DNA from: the human T2T-CHM13v2.0 reference genome, Homo sapiens
Direction: 5' to 3' (one strand)
Assembly: GCF_009914755.1 (NCBI RefSeq)
Contig: NC_060927.1
DNA length: 64,000 nucleotides
A program made the translations under genes and the position numbers. How positions within the stretch are numbered: the first letter of the stretch is position 1; the number at the start of each line of letters is the position of its first letter. This document shows, one piece after another, positions 38,578-54,985 of the stretch. The notes below the pieces were generated by a model. That model had not been told where the DNA came from and did not search any database. It worked only from the letters and a program-made list of their open reading frames with translations.

Positions 38578-39871
38578 CTCTGGAGAATATTAAAATGTTG
38601 AGCCTCTGTTTTCTAAACTGTGAAGAGGATATAGCACTCACTCCCAGCCAGCTTCGTGGAAGAGAAGGAAGAGGCTACATAGACCTGTGCTGTTAAAACA
38701 TATTGGTTCTCTGCCTGGCAGACATGTAATATTGATGCAGTTCTATTACCATCATCTGCCACAGTCGTTCCCTATTCTGCTTCATGGGATGTAAATTTCT
38801 TTACAAGACAGAAGCAGCCCTGTCTGTGAAATTCCCAAAGCAAACCCTTCTGGTAAGCCAGCACTGTAAGTTTTCATACTTGACTGTTAGAAATGTAATG
38901 AGTCCCCACGGAGACCAAAGGGAAGGCTGGAGGTAGCTCTGCAGGCTCTCAAAGGGTAATAATTGCTGGGGCAGGAACACACCAAATGATACCCTTGTGG
39001 TTTTAAAAGTCAATGCAACTTTCCAAAGAGTCCTACTTTCTCCCAGAGTAGGTTGCAGTACTTGAGAAATAAACCCACTGAAACAAAACGTTGAGTTTGG
39101 GGGAAAAGCTCCTGATATATCAGTTAAAAACTAAAAGCTTTTAATGTATCAGTAATATATTAAATAGAATCATCCATTTGGTGCAAGGAACCTAACTGCA
39201 ATTTCTGCAAATATCACCAGTAAAATAAAGGGATTGGATTAGACTTTGTTGTCCTTTCATCTTCCTGGGTTTGCAAATCCTTTCAGAATTAGATATAAGA
39301 TATGGTTTCTGGCCCCAGAAAATACATATTTACTAGACATGTAACTCTCACCTAATTTTACTTGCAATTTAGGGACTTTACAAAATCCTGGCAGTCCACT
39401 GTGGACGACCAGGTTCATGAAAGCTAAACTACCCATTCTCTAAGGCCTCTTCTGCCTTAATAGGCTTCAGAGACTTCAATTCCTTCACCATTTTGCAGAG
39501 CCTCTGCAAGGAGAGGAAGGAGCAAAGTGCTCTTCCTACAGCTGCTGTGAAAATAACCATGCTTTAAACACTCAATTTAGGTTATGTTTAGAAAGCATAG
39601 TCCAAATAAGCAGCTCTTCAGGACAATGGCATAAAACTACAACTTGACGTTTTTTTTTTCCTAGAAGACAGGGAATGAGAAGGATGGAAGGCCTGGATAG
39701 CGTAAGATAAAGAATGGGGTATGGTTGGAACACACAGATGGCACAGTCCTTGAAGAAGTGAGTGTTAAGGGTCTCAAGAAAGCGTGGGCAAGCAGCAATC
39801 TTGCCTCTGTGGGAAGTGGTAAGGGAAGCTACGCAGCTTCTCAACACACAGAGGGGTCCTTCGGACGGTAC

Positions 39872-40247
39872 CTATAGCAGGCCTCGCTGTTGGTCATAAA
39901 TATTGACTGCCCCTCCCTGAAAGAGGATGATATTTCTCCTTCTTCTTGACATTAGACTTGGCCATGCTATTTGCCCTGGCCAGTGAAATGTGCAGAAATG
40001 ACATCTCTCACTTCCAGGCAGAAGATCTAAGAGCCAGCTCAAGTTTTACCATGTGCTCTTCTCCCCATCCACGAGGCTGGCAGGATTCTAGGCCTACTGC
40101 ACCCTCAGTGAAGGGAACGTGGGGCAGCGCTGCAGTCAGCCTCTCAGGCATCAGGTGAGTGCAAGAAAATATTTTTGATATTGTAAGCCTGTGAGATTTT
40201 GGAGTTGCTTGTCACTGCCGCAGAGCCAAGCCTAACTTCCTGATATA
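39872..40247 (+). mobile_element. MLT1 (I/J-like) LTR
   Basis: ttgacattagacttggccatg...ggccagtgaaatgtgcagaaatgaca...tgtaagcctgtgagattttggagttgcttgtcactg...ctgatata. Confidence 0.8.
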
Positions 40248-40368
40248 CTACCATCCTCCTTTGGGAAGGAAGAGAGACGGATTGCAGCACCAGCCAGCGT
40301 CTGAAGGAACTACGTGCACCCTCCTCTTTCCATCCTCCCCACTCCTGACGCTGTTAACAGCACTCTCC

Positions 40369-40900
40369 TGTCATGGTTAGTGCTAAGTGTCAATTTGATT
40401 GGGTTGAAGGATGCAAAGTATTGTTCCTGGATGTGTCTGTGAGGGCGTTGCCAAAAGAGATTAACATTTGAGTCAGTGAACTGGGGGAGGCAGACCAACC
40501 CTCAAAGTGGCTGGGCACCATCTCATCAGCTGCCAGCACGGCTAGAATAAAGCAGGCAGAAGAAGGTAGGAGAAGCTGACTTGCTGAGTCTTCTGGCCTT
40601 CATCTTTCTCTTGTGCTGGGTGCTCCCTGCCCTTGAACATCAGACTCCAAGTTCTTCGGCTTTTGGACACTTGAACTTACACCAGTGGCTCTCTCTCTCT
40701 CTGGCCTTCAGCCACAGACTGAAGACTACACTGTCGGCTTCCCGACTTCTGAGGTTTTGGGATTCAGACTGGCTTTCTTGCTCCTCAGCTGGCAGAGGGC
40801 CTATCATGGGACTTCATCTTGTGACTATGTGAGTCAATTCGCCTTCATCTATACATCCATCCTACTAGTCCTGTCCCTTTAGAGAACCCTGACTAATACA
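40369..40900 (+). mobile_element. MLT2A (probably MLT2A2) HERVL solo LTR, full length
   Basis: TG...CA: tgtcatggttagtgctaagtgtcaatttgattgggttgaaggatgcaaagtattg ... tagagaaccctgactaataca; imperfect 5-bp TSD tctcc/cctcc. Confidence 0.9.
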
Positions 40901-40971
40901 CCTCCTCGTCCACTACGACCCAAGGAACTGTAGAGCTCCGCTAAGAGCCAGTAGCCCATCAGTCATGCCCT

Positions 40972-41703
<732 letters not shown>

Positions 41704-43639
41704 ATTTCACTTTTGCAAAATAACTTTTCTTCATTTCTTCCTCTCTTTGATATACTTCCTAAAGGCAAGAGCTACAAACCAGTATACTAATGGACTGGGG
41801 AAAAAGCCTACCTTTCTCTCTATCCAGTCCCCAGGGCAGGGCCGCAATTACGTTCAAAGGGAGGGAGAATGCCAGCTCACAAAACCTGACTGCTCCACTT
41901 CCTCTCCAGGGGAGACAGCAGCAGTGAGAGAGGCTGAATCCGTGATTATGGACTATGCAGAAAGTGAGTCTCAAAATAAACAGCTCCTGGAGTCAAAGCT
42001 CAGGGGACGACATATAGAATTTTAGAGTCTTCAGGACAGAGAGAGAGCAGGTAGTTCAACTTCTTCAGGGAGAGTTTTCAGAGGTACAAGAGAGCAAGGA
42101 ATTTTGTATATTTGCATATGTTTTTGTTTTATTGAGGACTCTGAGGGCTGGAGAGCAGAGAAATCTGTCCAGGGTCACAAACTAGGGGCTGATACCAACT
42201 TCACCACCCAGTGCAGGAGGGCTCTTCTTCTACTTCTGGGGTCCCGCCTCTGTGGTGCTGCCCCCAGAATGGGGGCTTATTACATAACAGGTCTCACTCC
42301 CTTAGGTCCTTCATAAGCCCTCAGCTCTCCTGGTCTGGGGACCCCACTCCATGTCATTTTAAACATCTTAAAATGCATGATTATCTCATATCAAATGTAA
42401 TTTTTTCTCTTTAAAAATCTCATGGTTCTTTTATAATTTTTGCTTCTGAAAGTAATTGCCTATAAACAACTTGCTTGATTTTAGATTTTCTACAGTTTTC
42501 AGTAATCATCATACAAACCCAGGAGAATCTAGCCATAGATTGTTTTCAAAAGCAATGAAATTTATATGAATGCTACATTTCATAATTAAAAAGACTGGCA
42601 TTATGCTTTCTGTTGTACAGATTTAATTAACATTTTTATTAATTTCAGGTTTGCCTTTTAGTGTTTTGATTGGGAAGTATTTGGGGAAGCCTTCACATGA
42701 AGGATGGTCAACAGGTGTTAGCAGGTAAGGTAGACAGAACTGGGTGGCAGTGCCTGAAATGTCCAGCAAACATCTCGGCTTGTGGGGCTGAGTGTAGGTG
42801 AGGGAAATAGCAGGAGAATGGATTTTAAGCACTGAGCCAGGCACTACCATATCCATAATCTCCTCTGAGACTTGGAAACCAAGCTGGGGCCAGGTTACAA
42901 ATGACTTCACATGCCATTCTCCCCGCTGCCTGCCACTTGTACCTTGGGCAGCCACTGGGGACATTCCTGGTTCTGGATTCCTGCCTCTGAGCAGCTCTCT
43001 TAACATGAGTAGGAGGCCTGTGCTTCCCCACACCCGTTTCCATCTGTTTGCATGGACCAGAGCCACTTGAGATAGGGCCTTCCTAGGAATAGAAGGTAAG
43101 ACCAGCATCATTCCAGGGCCACTGTGGATGGGCTTTCACCGCCCAGGAAATGACTGCTGCATTGATCTCTGTGCCACTCAGGCCAGGGCATCCTTGTGGG
43201 GAGGATTCCAGTCTGCATTGCATCAAATACCTAGGAGAGGGAAAAGCCGTTTAAGCTAAGCATATGTTTATTTGATTGAAACAAATAACTCTCACAGGCC
43301 ACAAACAATACAGGCAGACAGATGTTTCAAGCGGCACCTCATCAGCTGATTGGGCCATCATGCAATATCAGTGCACAGAATAATTCTGGAAAGATTCTAG
43401 GAAGGGAAGTTGGCTATCTTAAAATCTCTCCCTTTGGGATGAATTTCACAGCAACCACTTTAGATGGCAGTAGTGACTGATTATCCCCATTTTAAACCTT
43501 AGAACAGAAGGACCACTCCCCCAGTGATACCCAACTAGGAATGGAAGAAGCCAAGAAGACCACAACCCAGGTCTTTAGACTCTGAGATCTCTTTTCGTTG
43601 AGCTTGGCAGAACTACCACTCCAAAGACTCACAGCCTCT

Positions 43640-44905
43640 CAACGAATGGTGAGAGCATGTTACAAAGACATAGAAACTGGCTTGAAAGGGCGCCTGCTGG
43701 TCAAACCTGGGACAATTTATTTATCAAAATAAGTAATAATGATAATAGTTGTAACTTTTGAGTAAAATAGAAATCTGTAAATCCACACTGATACAAACAA
43801 ATACACAGAAAGAAGAGAAAGCTGTCTTTATAGTAAAATGACAACTGGTAAAAGTAGACATAATGGAATTAGAATCACCATTTAGCAATCATCATAGTGA
43901 TATTCAGCCAAAAAACATCAGTAGATGTTAGAACTAGTGGGTGAATGTTTACTAAGAAATGGGGAAATTTCATACTTTCAGAGTACCTCCAGCCAAATTC
44001 TTATTAACGACAAAGGGAAAAAGAGTAATTTTACAATGAATAGTCCTGACAAATACCACCTCAACTGAATAATCAAAGTGAACATTGGTTGGGCGCGGTG
44101 GCTCATGCCTGCAATTTCAGCACTTTGGGAGGCCAAGACTTGTGGGGCACTTGAGCCCAGGAGTTTGAGACCAGCCTGGGTGATATGGCAAAGCCCCATC
44201 TCTACAGAAATACAAAAAGTTACCTAGGTGTGGTGGCGTGTACCTGTAGCCCCAGCTACTTGGGAGGCTGAGGTAGGAGGATCACCTGAGCCTGGGAGGT
44301 CGAGGCTGTAGGGAGCCGAGATCATGGCACTGCACTCTAGCCTAGGTGACAGAGTGGACCCAGTCTCAAAAAAAAAAAAAAAAAAAGCAAAACCAAAAAA
44401 AACCTACAGTGAACATCACCAATAATGGGTCAAGTAGAAATCATGCACCACCTGATCAGATGTAAATATCTTGTCAAAAATACACCTCTCAATCTAATCA
44501 GGAGAAAACATTCGACAAAACCAAACTGAGAGACATTCTACGAAATAATCAGCACATCCAATCAAAAGTGTCAGTTATGAAAGTCAAGGAAAGATCGAGG
44601 AACTCTTCTGACTGAAGGAAGCTAAAGAGACATGACAATTACATGCAACAGGTGTTCCAGGATTGGGTCCTTTTGCTAGAACAAATATTATTTGAATAAT
44701 TGTCAAAACTTAAATGGCATCTGAGGATTAGATGGCAGAAATGTTTTGATGTGAATTTCTTTATTTTGATGATTGCACTATAATTATGTAGGAGAATGTC
44801 CTTGTTTGTAGGAATTACACACTCAAGTGTTTAGGTTCAGGTTAAAAAGTTCTTTGTCTATTTCTGCAGCTCTCCTGTAAGCATGTAATTATTTCAAAAT
44901 AAACA
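43640..44905 (+). mobile_element. L1MC-type 3' UTR interrupted by AluJ
   Basis: gaaactggcttgaaagggc...ggtcaaacctgggacaattt..., ccaaactgagagacattcta, taggagaatgtccttgtttgtagg. Confidence 0.8.
44087..44402 (+). mobile_element. AluJb-like
   Basis: cacttgagcccaggagtttg, gaggtcgaggctg; TSD agtgaacat. Confidence 0.92.
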
Positions 44906-45842
44906 ACTTAAAGAAAATTCCCAGACGCGAGTGAAAGCGGGGGATATTAAATATATTTTTGTCACTTCTTCCAGGAAATAGGCTGCCTTCCTCAAGGACA
45001 GGGTAGTAACCAAGGACAAGCTGTCAGTTGAGACAGCTTGGTGTGCTTCTAGAAAGCCCTGTTTGCAATGAATGTGTGCAAATCAGTCCTACATCCCCAG
45101 TAGCTTAAATTTATGAGACTTCATTGTCGTTTACAGTCAACCTTTAGTTAACAGCAGCTCTTTCATTTTACCTTTACATCTGACTCATTCAATGAAAAAA
45201 ATTTTCTGAAAAACAAAACACTGAAGAGTTCTGAAATAGCTTCCATCCATAAGGACCTTTTAATAAATGTGTTTAAAAAAAACTACAAAATCTAAATCTG
45301 TAATGTCAATGCTGGTTTCCTTAAAAGGGAGAACAACCAGAAATGAATGTGCTATCACCCAGCATGTAAGATAAACAAAATCAGCACCAGCTTACCACCA
45401 CACAGAGCAATATACCTTCCTGTTATATTCTTCTTGCTGTCTACTGCTTTTCTGCTAAATTATGAATTTCCAATGAAATGTTTTACAGTGTATGACTCTT
45501 CTGTCTACCAATAGCTGGCTTGCCCTCCCTCACTCCCTCTCTCCTTCCCTCCCTTCTTCATTGTCTTCACGCACCTGGGGAGATCAGAAAGTGTGTTTTT
45601 CTTACAAACCTTAGGAAAACTGTAACACCTAGTGAGCCTATAATTAAACTTAATATAAACTGGGAAAGGCAGACAAGAAAGAAAATGAAAATTGTGAATT
45701 GGATGAGACAGGCAGTTAGCACGTCCCCATTTCCTTTGTGAAAGACGAGTAAAGTCTGCAGACGTCAAGTTCTCTCTGTGTGCTGTGCCTAACTTGGATC
45801 TGTATTTCAACTCTCCTTTCTCAAAGAAATGCCATGTCCTAG

Positions 45843-46260
<418 letters not shown>

Positions 46261-46781
46261 CCAAAAGTTCTTTTTTAAAGTATCATTTAGAGATTGGAAA
46301 TAATGTTACAAATTATGATTAGATTTCCCAATTAGCCACAGAAGCTCCCCATAATTAGTGTATAATGTAACCAATACATACACAAGCTAATGTAACCAAG
46401 CATGGATGCGCATGCATGCATGCGCGTGCACAAACACATACACACACACAGCCTTCCACATACACAAAATGAAAACAATAATAGAAAAAAATGCATAGTA
46501 TATCCCCTACATCATGCATCAACAAGCGTCTATGGGCTAGCCTGGGACTCTAACCAACATTTTCACATTGATTCACTAGGAAAAAGAAAATCGAATCCAA
46601 TTTAGAACTCAGGCCTTTGGATACATTCTTTCCCTATCCCATAGTTCCTTCTCCCATCACATCTCACCCTGCAACCCCACACTACCTCATCCGTGACAAG
46701 TATGGAATACTCTTCTCAGCTTCTCAGGCCAGAGCTACCTCTTGAAAAGGAAACCTCATTCCACAGAGGGTTTCACTCTAT

Positions 46782-46860
46782 CACACACACACACACACAC
46801 ACACACACAACACAGACATACGTACATACACACACACAAACACAGACATATGCACACACA
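46782..46860. repeat. (CA)n and degenerate CA-rich tract
   Basis: Directly visible. Confidence 0.9.
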
Positions 46861-48543
46861 GAAACATAGAATGACTAAGGTGGCATTTTCCGGTGATGGC
46901 TATGAGACAAGCATCCATAGTTCAGAGGCTACATTAACATTAGTGATGCATGTTCACAAGCGGCCCCTTCACTTGGAATTCTGATATGAATAAGAACATG
47001 GTGAGGGGGTCATGCTAAGCCAAGCTCTCATTCATTCCCACAGATAGAGACCCCAGGCCTATACTCAGTTTTATGATACTGTACTGTGATCATTGTCTTG
47101 CTGTAATTTTGCTTTCTCTATTTCTGGCATGATCTGTTTCATTGAACACAGAAAATATGACATGTGGGCAGAAAATGAGGCCTAAAAAGAAATTTAGGAA
47201 AGCAAATTTCATTTGTCATTTTACCACTAGATAGGCATTTCATTTAGGACAGGTTTCTAGTGAAACTTGGTGAAATTTTCTTGTTTCAAACATCTTTGGA
47301 ATAGTCTAATTCTCATGATGATGAGGAAAAGAAACAAGAAGAGGGAGGAGAAGACCTAAATAGCCATTGGTACCAACTCATTGCTGTAACCACACACAGC
47401 TATAAATTTATTAGATGTGACACGATTTAAGTTTCAAAAAATGAAAAGAGCATTGCCAGGATGATCTCACTGAAAGTAAAAATGTCCTTGAAATTCTTAT
47501 TCTGTGACAAAAAATGAGGGCAAATCTGTCTGGTATTCTCTCTCCTTGTTCTTCTTCAAGACAAAGTTTCTAAAATAATCTCAGACGTGGTGTAACATTT
47601 GCCAGACAGCTGTTCTAGGGAATGCCAGGAAGATAATCCTTGGGTCTATCATCGTCTTTTGTATTTTTTCTCCCTTCAGTACATTCTGGGTTCAGGCCAG
47701 CACATAGACACCATGTTCAGAAAGTTTAGAAAGTCTCTCTAGGGAGACTTGATGTCTCTGGAGGTCTTTTATGCCGATTTTACTGGCCTCGTTGAGAAGG
47801 CAGTTTCTTGACTTCTTGGCAAAGGGATTGACCTTAAGTCTGTTTCTAGAGGGCAAATGTCTGTCAAGATGAAGCCGTGGCTGAGGCTCACCACTCAGGG
47901 ATTCACCTGATCTGAATTCTCTCTCTCCATCCCTGAGATAGCTCCCATGGATGGTGAGTGAAACTCTGAACCAGGAATTATAGATTTGGTCATCTTATAA
48001 CTAGAAAAAGACCCTAGAGGACATTTAGCTTAGCACTCTCCCTTCCAACGTATTGGTGACCCCCACTGTCCAGCAGAAATGAGTTTTCTAGAAAACAAAA
48101 TGCTTTCTCTCAATACACATGTTCAAAATCTCATGCATATTTTAATACTTATGACTTCATATTTCATTTGAATGAGTGCGATGATTAAATTTGGGACAGA
48201 GAGAAAAAGAATCCTGTGTGTTTACACAAACCTAGTATAAAATCCTGAGGTCAGCCCTTCCCTCAAATCTTCAAAACACAGTTCGCTGATGATGCTGCTT
48301 CTTAAACCTTCATCATCTGTCAGAGAAAAAAAAGACTGTTACTAGAAGAGGAGACAGAGGAGCATACAATATGGACATGGGACTGGAAAACAGACACTGA
48401 TCTGAGGCAGAGGCAACGTGATAAAAAGTTCATAGCTCTCTTTCAGGTCCCGACAGATGGACCCAGGAAGCCAGATTTCTGGCCGTGGAGAAATTGTTCT
48501 CTTGTCACCAGGCTTTCTCCAGTTCTACCATGAAATAGGCTAG

Positions 48544-49103
<560 letters not shown>

Positions 49104-49334
49104 GAAAGAATTCTTTTCAAAATAAGATGCTAAAATCCAAACAATTCATAGGATTTCAGAGTTTTTTTAAACCAAGTCAAATAAGAAGCATGATTAAGTC
49201 CATGATATCATCACAGGCCCTGCGCTCACAGCAAGTGAACAATGGTCCCGTTGAAGTAAGAAAGCCTAAGTCTGTCTCTTCTGACCAAACCTCGTCACCT
49301 GGGTTCTAAGGCTCTTCCAATGTGAGCTTGGAAC

Positions 49335-49640
49335 CGAGACTGAAACTCACCAATAGAAATATGGGGCACTTGAGTGGTTTTTAATTTTCTAATAGCCACG
49401 TTAAAAACAAGTAGACTTAATTTTAAAATATATTTTAACTCAATATATTCAAAATATCATCATTTCAATATGTAATCAGCATTTAAGAACTGTGAATGAG
49501 CTATTCTACGTTCCCATTGCCACACCATGTCTTCAGGCGCTGGTGACTATTTCATGCTTACGGCACATCTCAATACATCCCAATATCTCATGCTAACGGC
49601 CACATTCCTGGTGCTCAGCAGCCACGCGTGGCTGTGCAGA
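49335..49640. mobile_element. MER33-like hAT-Charlie
   Basis: ccaatagaaatat...ttttctaatagccacgttaaaaa...atttcaatatgtaatca...gcacatctcaat...gtgctcagcagccacgcgtggct. Confidence 0.8.
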
Positions 49641-52234
49641 TGTAGGGAGTGGCCAGGTCTACAGTGGCCCAGGAAATTGACCTGTGTTCTGCTCCAGTCT
49701 GAAGTCTGAGGATTTACTGAATGAGTAGGATGGGTCTGCAAGGAAAAAGATATCATGAGGTCCTCAAGAGCAGTCAGTGACTTTGGGGATCTTTATGGAC
49801 CTCGTAGAGTGGCCTAGAGACTTGTGAATCGGGCCCTGTCACACTGGTGCCTTTCAAAACTTAAGACCTTATTGGCTAACCAAGGACGGGGCTCAGGAGC
49901 AGAGCAACCCAAGAAGGACACTGACCATCCTCATGCCTCTCAGCTCTGACTTGGCAAATAGCCCAAGAAAGAATTCTTACCTCAGCCCTCCATTCTTCCA
50001 CTGACTGGTCCAATTATTTAAGCCCACGTCCAACAGGAATCAAATAGGTCTACTGAGAAATGTTATATTAGGTTATCTCCCCTCACAGGTCTTTCCTTTC
50101 ATGCCAGCTTTCGAGGAGTCCATCACGAGGGAGTGGGAAGAAGGATGCTTCCCTGCAGACCAGCAGGTGTCTTATGATGGTGTCATATAAGAAAATATTC
50201 ATTGATACAGAAGTGAATATTTTCTTATATGATTGGGGGAGCATTCATAGTTGGTGAAAAACTTTGGAAGTCAATGGCCTTGGAGGATTATTGACTTGGG
50301 AAAATTGTATGGGAAGTTGGAGGGGTCCCTACTCCCCAAAGGGTTTTAAGGCAAGTCTAGTAGCAAAGCAAGTGGCCTAAAAGACAGACCAAGGCAGCTT
50401 TCTCACTGCAACAACACAGGCTCTCTTCTGTTGCCGGTCGTAATAGAAGTCACCTAAACGTGTCATTAACTAGGAAGAATTGTAAGATTATCTACAGAGC
50501 TAAGGCTTTGTCCTAACAGCACATTCCTAGTACTGACATTTCCCACTTACATGTGATTTCCATGATGTATAATAAAACGTTTGATCCCCAGAACATCCTT
50601 ATGAGGTAGACTAGAAAACCGAGGCTCACTGAGGCAGCAAAGTGAGTGTGTTGTAGAGGATTGCAAAACGAGTCTTACCTCAGGTCTATATAAATAGTAT
50701 ACAGGGTCATTGACATGTTAACATATCTCCATGTGTAGTAAATAAACACTTAATAAAAATTGGTTGAATGAATACCAAATAAGAAACTGATTTCCTTGAA
50801 ATTTCTCAGAAGACAACATTTCCAGGTTTAAGTGTGCTCAGAAAAATGGATCAAAGTGTCTTTGCCTGATTAATATTGTTTAGGAACAGCAGAAGATATT
50901 TTCTTTAGATTTTTAAAAATAAAATCATTATACAGAGGTGGCTTGAGAACACCCATCTCCATTTCTCCAGGCTTCTTGCAACACTGCATAGATACCCCAG
51001 CCATGGTGTTTAACATTAGGCAAAGCAGCCTCCATGGGGAAAATGTATCGTCCACATTTGACTTTGACCATCCACAGAGGCAGGGCCAGCCCAGCAGAAA
51101 CGGTGCTGGGCGTGTCAGCCTCTACCAAGGCCTGTGCTTTCCTCACTTAACCTGGAGGTAGGAATTTCCAGTGAAGAAGATGCTAGAAACAGGGCCAAAG
51201 GGATTGAGTAGAGGTAACTGAGTAGGAGGAACAAACTGCCGAAGAGAGAAAATTGTCTCCCTATTGACTATTTTTATCCTTCAGGTTCTGATCCACCATT
51301 CCTGTCTCGGGGGAGGAGGGAATCAAGGGATCTCTGACACTGGGTGTTCAAGCTGAAAGAAATCTAGAGATACTAACAACAAGAATAACCAACACGTGCA
51401 AGTCCCAGGCATAGCCTAAACACTTCACCTATATTAACTCATTCAGTCTCTGGCAGGTACCCCTGTGGCCCATCCTCCTCTTCCGTAACCCCATCTTGTA
51501 TGAGCCCAAGTTCCACTGTTCACATCATCTTTGGAAGACCCAGGTGGATGCTCATCCACCCCCATCCTGGAGTTGTGCAACCCTGTGGCCTTTTGCCCAT
51601 TTTACAGTGGGAGAAACATCACATATCCAACAGCCTCACTTTACTGATGGAGAAAGTGATAGGAACTTACCACACAGCAAATTACTGACAGAGCTGATTC
51701 TAGGACCTTGACCCACCCCCCCAGTTTTGAGTCTGATGCTTGTGCAGTCTGCCATGTGCTGCATTTTGGAAGCTATGAGTGATGGATTCCTGCATCCCTA
51801 CCTTGAAAAAGCTCACAACAGACAGGGGAAGATACTGGTAACTCAGGTACAGAAGCACCAGGACGCCTTCCGCTGTCAGGTTCTGGCTCATGGTTCCATC
51901 ACCCTCCTGGTTACACTTGGTGTCCCCTTCCTCAAGTCCCTCCTCCAGTAGGTCACTACCCCTTTCATCTTAGCAAGCGTCTGTGCTTCAATTCCCTCCT
52001 CCAGAGGGTGGAGATAATAACAGAACTTATTCCTGGGTACATATGGGAATTAAATAAGTTAATATTTCTAAAGCAAATAAAATAGTGCTTGGCACAGAGT
52101 AAGCATAATATTCAGTGTTTTGTTAAAATGCTGGGTTATTAAACGGCCTCCTAGCTTTTTTTGCCTCCTCCAATATCAAACATTCTTGCTAAGACACAAC
52201 CCTGCTACCACCTGCCACGCTCACGTTGCCTGTA

Positions 52235-52400
52235 GTAGTAGTTCTCAAATGTTAGTTGGCACAGGAATTTCCTGGGGTGCTTGCAAAAAGTGCAAATGTA
52301 TGAGCCACTCCCTGAATTCCGGTTTAGGAGGTCTGGGGTGGGGCCCAGAAATCGACATTTTCAACACGTATCCACAAGGGATTCGGATGTAGGTGGTCTG
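52235..52400. mobile_element. MER5-family element
   Basis: agtagttctcaaa...ggtctggggtggggcccagaaatcgacattttcaac. Confidence 0.75.
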
Positions 52401-52658
52401 ACACCACAGTTTGAGAAAAAGAGGCCTCCTAGGTAAAGCCCACCTTTAGCATGGCCTTCACTGATGCTGACCATCTGGCCCTTGTCCACCATCCCAGCCT
52501 CACTGCTCAAAACCCCATGCCCTAATCCCACAGGCCAGACCTGCATCAAGAAAAATAAAAAGCCACATTGCATTTCTCCATATGACTGCTGTGTTACATG
52601 AGAGTGGAAAAAAGAGCTGAGTTGACACCCAGCGAAATCTCCATGGTCATGCCTCGGG

Positions 52659-52672
52659 GTTGCCATGGGAAC
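52659..52672. promoter_or_regulatory. RFX X-box, full consensus match
   Basis: GTTGCCATGGGAAC matches GTTNCCATGGNAAC. Confidence 0.55.
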
Positions 52673-53026
52673 CACATCTCCGTGACTTAGCCTAGAGTAA
52701 GAGGAAAAGCTGAGAGGGACACACACACCTTGTTTCTGAACTTCTGTTCTTTTTCTGAATCACAGAGACCAGACCCCTTCCCTTCTTCTCTTAAAGTAAC
52801 TCAAGGGATGGTCAGCTCTAAATTTGAGCAAAGGAAGGTGAGAAGGAGCAGAAGAAAAACAAAAGATAGGCCTGAAGCCAAGGGGACAGCACACCAACTA
52901 AGACAAATGCGGGCACTTAAGGTCTAGTTACAATCCTGCTCCAACCCATTAACTCGTCCAAAGAGAAACATTGTTTCTTCTCTCATGAGAAAGCAACTTA
53001 AACTGACTCCATGTTGGACTCCCTAA

Positions 53027-53385
<359 letters not shown>

Positions 53386-53576
53386 TAATATCCTTTTTTT
53401 TCCGATTTTAAAATCCAAGCACATTTAAAATTTTTTGAGTCAGACCAAAAGAAGTCCCTGTTAATTTTCAGTGAAGAAACATTCCTTCTTGATGGATTTC
53501 AGATCAAACCTATTTTTTTTATACATCTAAACCTGACTTCCTCAACCACTAGAAGAGCAAGCTCCATTCTCTGCCT

Positions 53577-54358
<782 letters not shown>

Positions 54359-54959
54359 CAAAGCAGCCCAGTGGCCCCTTCCCTGATGACAAAACGTGCA
54401 TATCCTGCAGGCTCTCAGGTTGATTACTGGACAATCATCAGGTCAGTTAAGCATGAAAATATCACTAGGATAGCTCAGATAATAGAATACTGTGAAAAGC
54501 AGCTTTACTTTTGAATCACAGAATTTCTTTAAGCAAAACCATCTTGGGCTGGAGTTAGAGTACCCTGCTGGAACTAAGTCCTTCTTTTGGTAACAGCATT
54601 CCAATTTCTTTTAGGGGACTTCTCTCTCCTTATTGTGTGCAGTTTCAGTGGGGTTGTCCCAGTTCCTTGATATCCCCTACCCAAGGAGCTGCCATATGGC
54701 CTAAGCTTTGCTGCCTCGACTTCTTCTAGGATTTTGTCTTGGACCAAGTGAGACCAGAAGGAAGAGCTGCAGGGGACTGTCCACCAGGACCTGCTGCCTG
54801 GATGCTGGGTGTTAACCAAGGTTAACACGGTTAACACCATGTAGGAGAACAATGGTTCTCCTACCCACCCTAAACCCCCTCATCCTCAAAGGCAGAGGGA
54901 GGATAGAAGAGAATTCCTGAGACTGATGAAATGTCACAATTACCCCCCACCCACATCCT

Positions 54960-54985
54960 ACACACACACACACACACACACACAC
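54960..54985. repeat. (CA)n microsatellite
   Basis: Directly visible. Confidence 0.92.
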
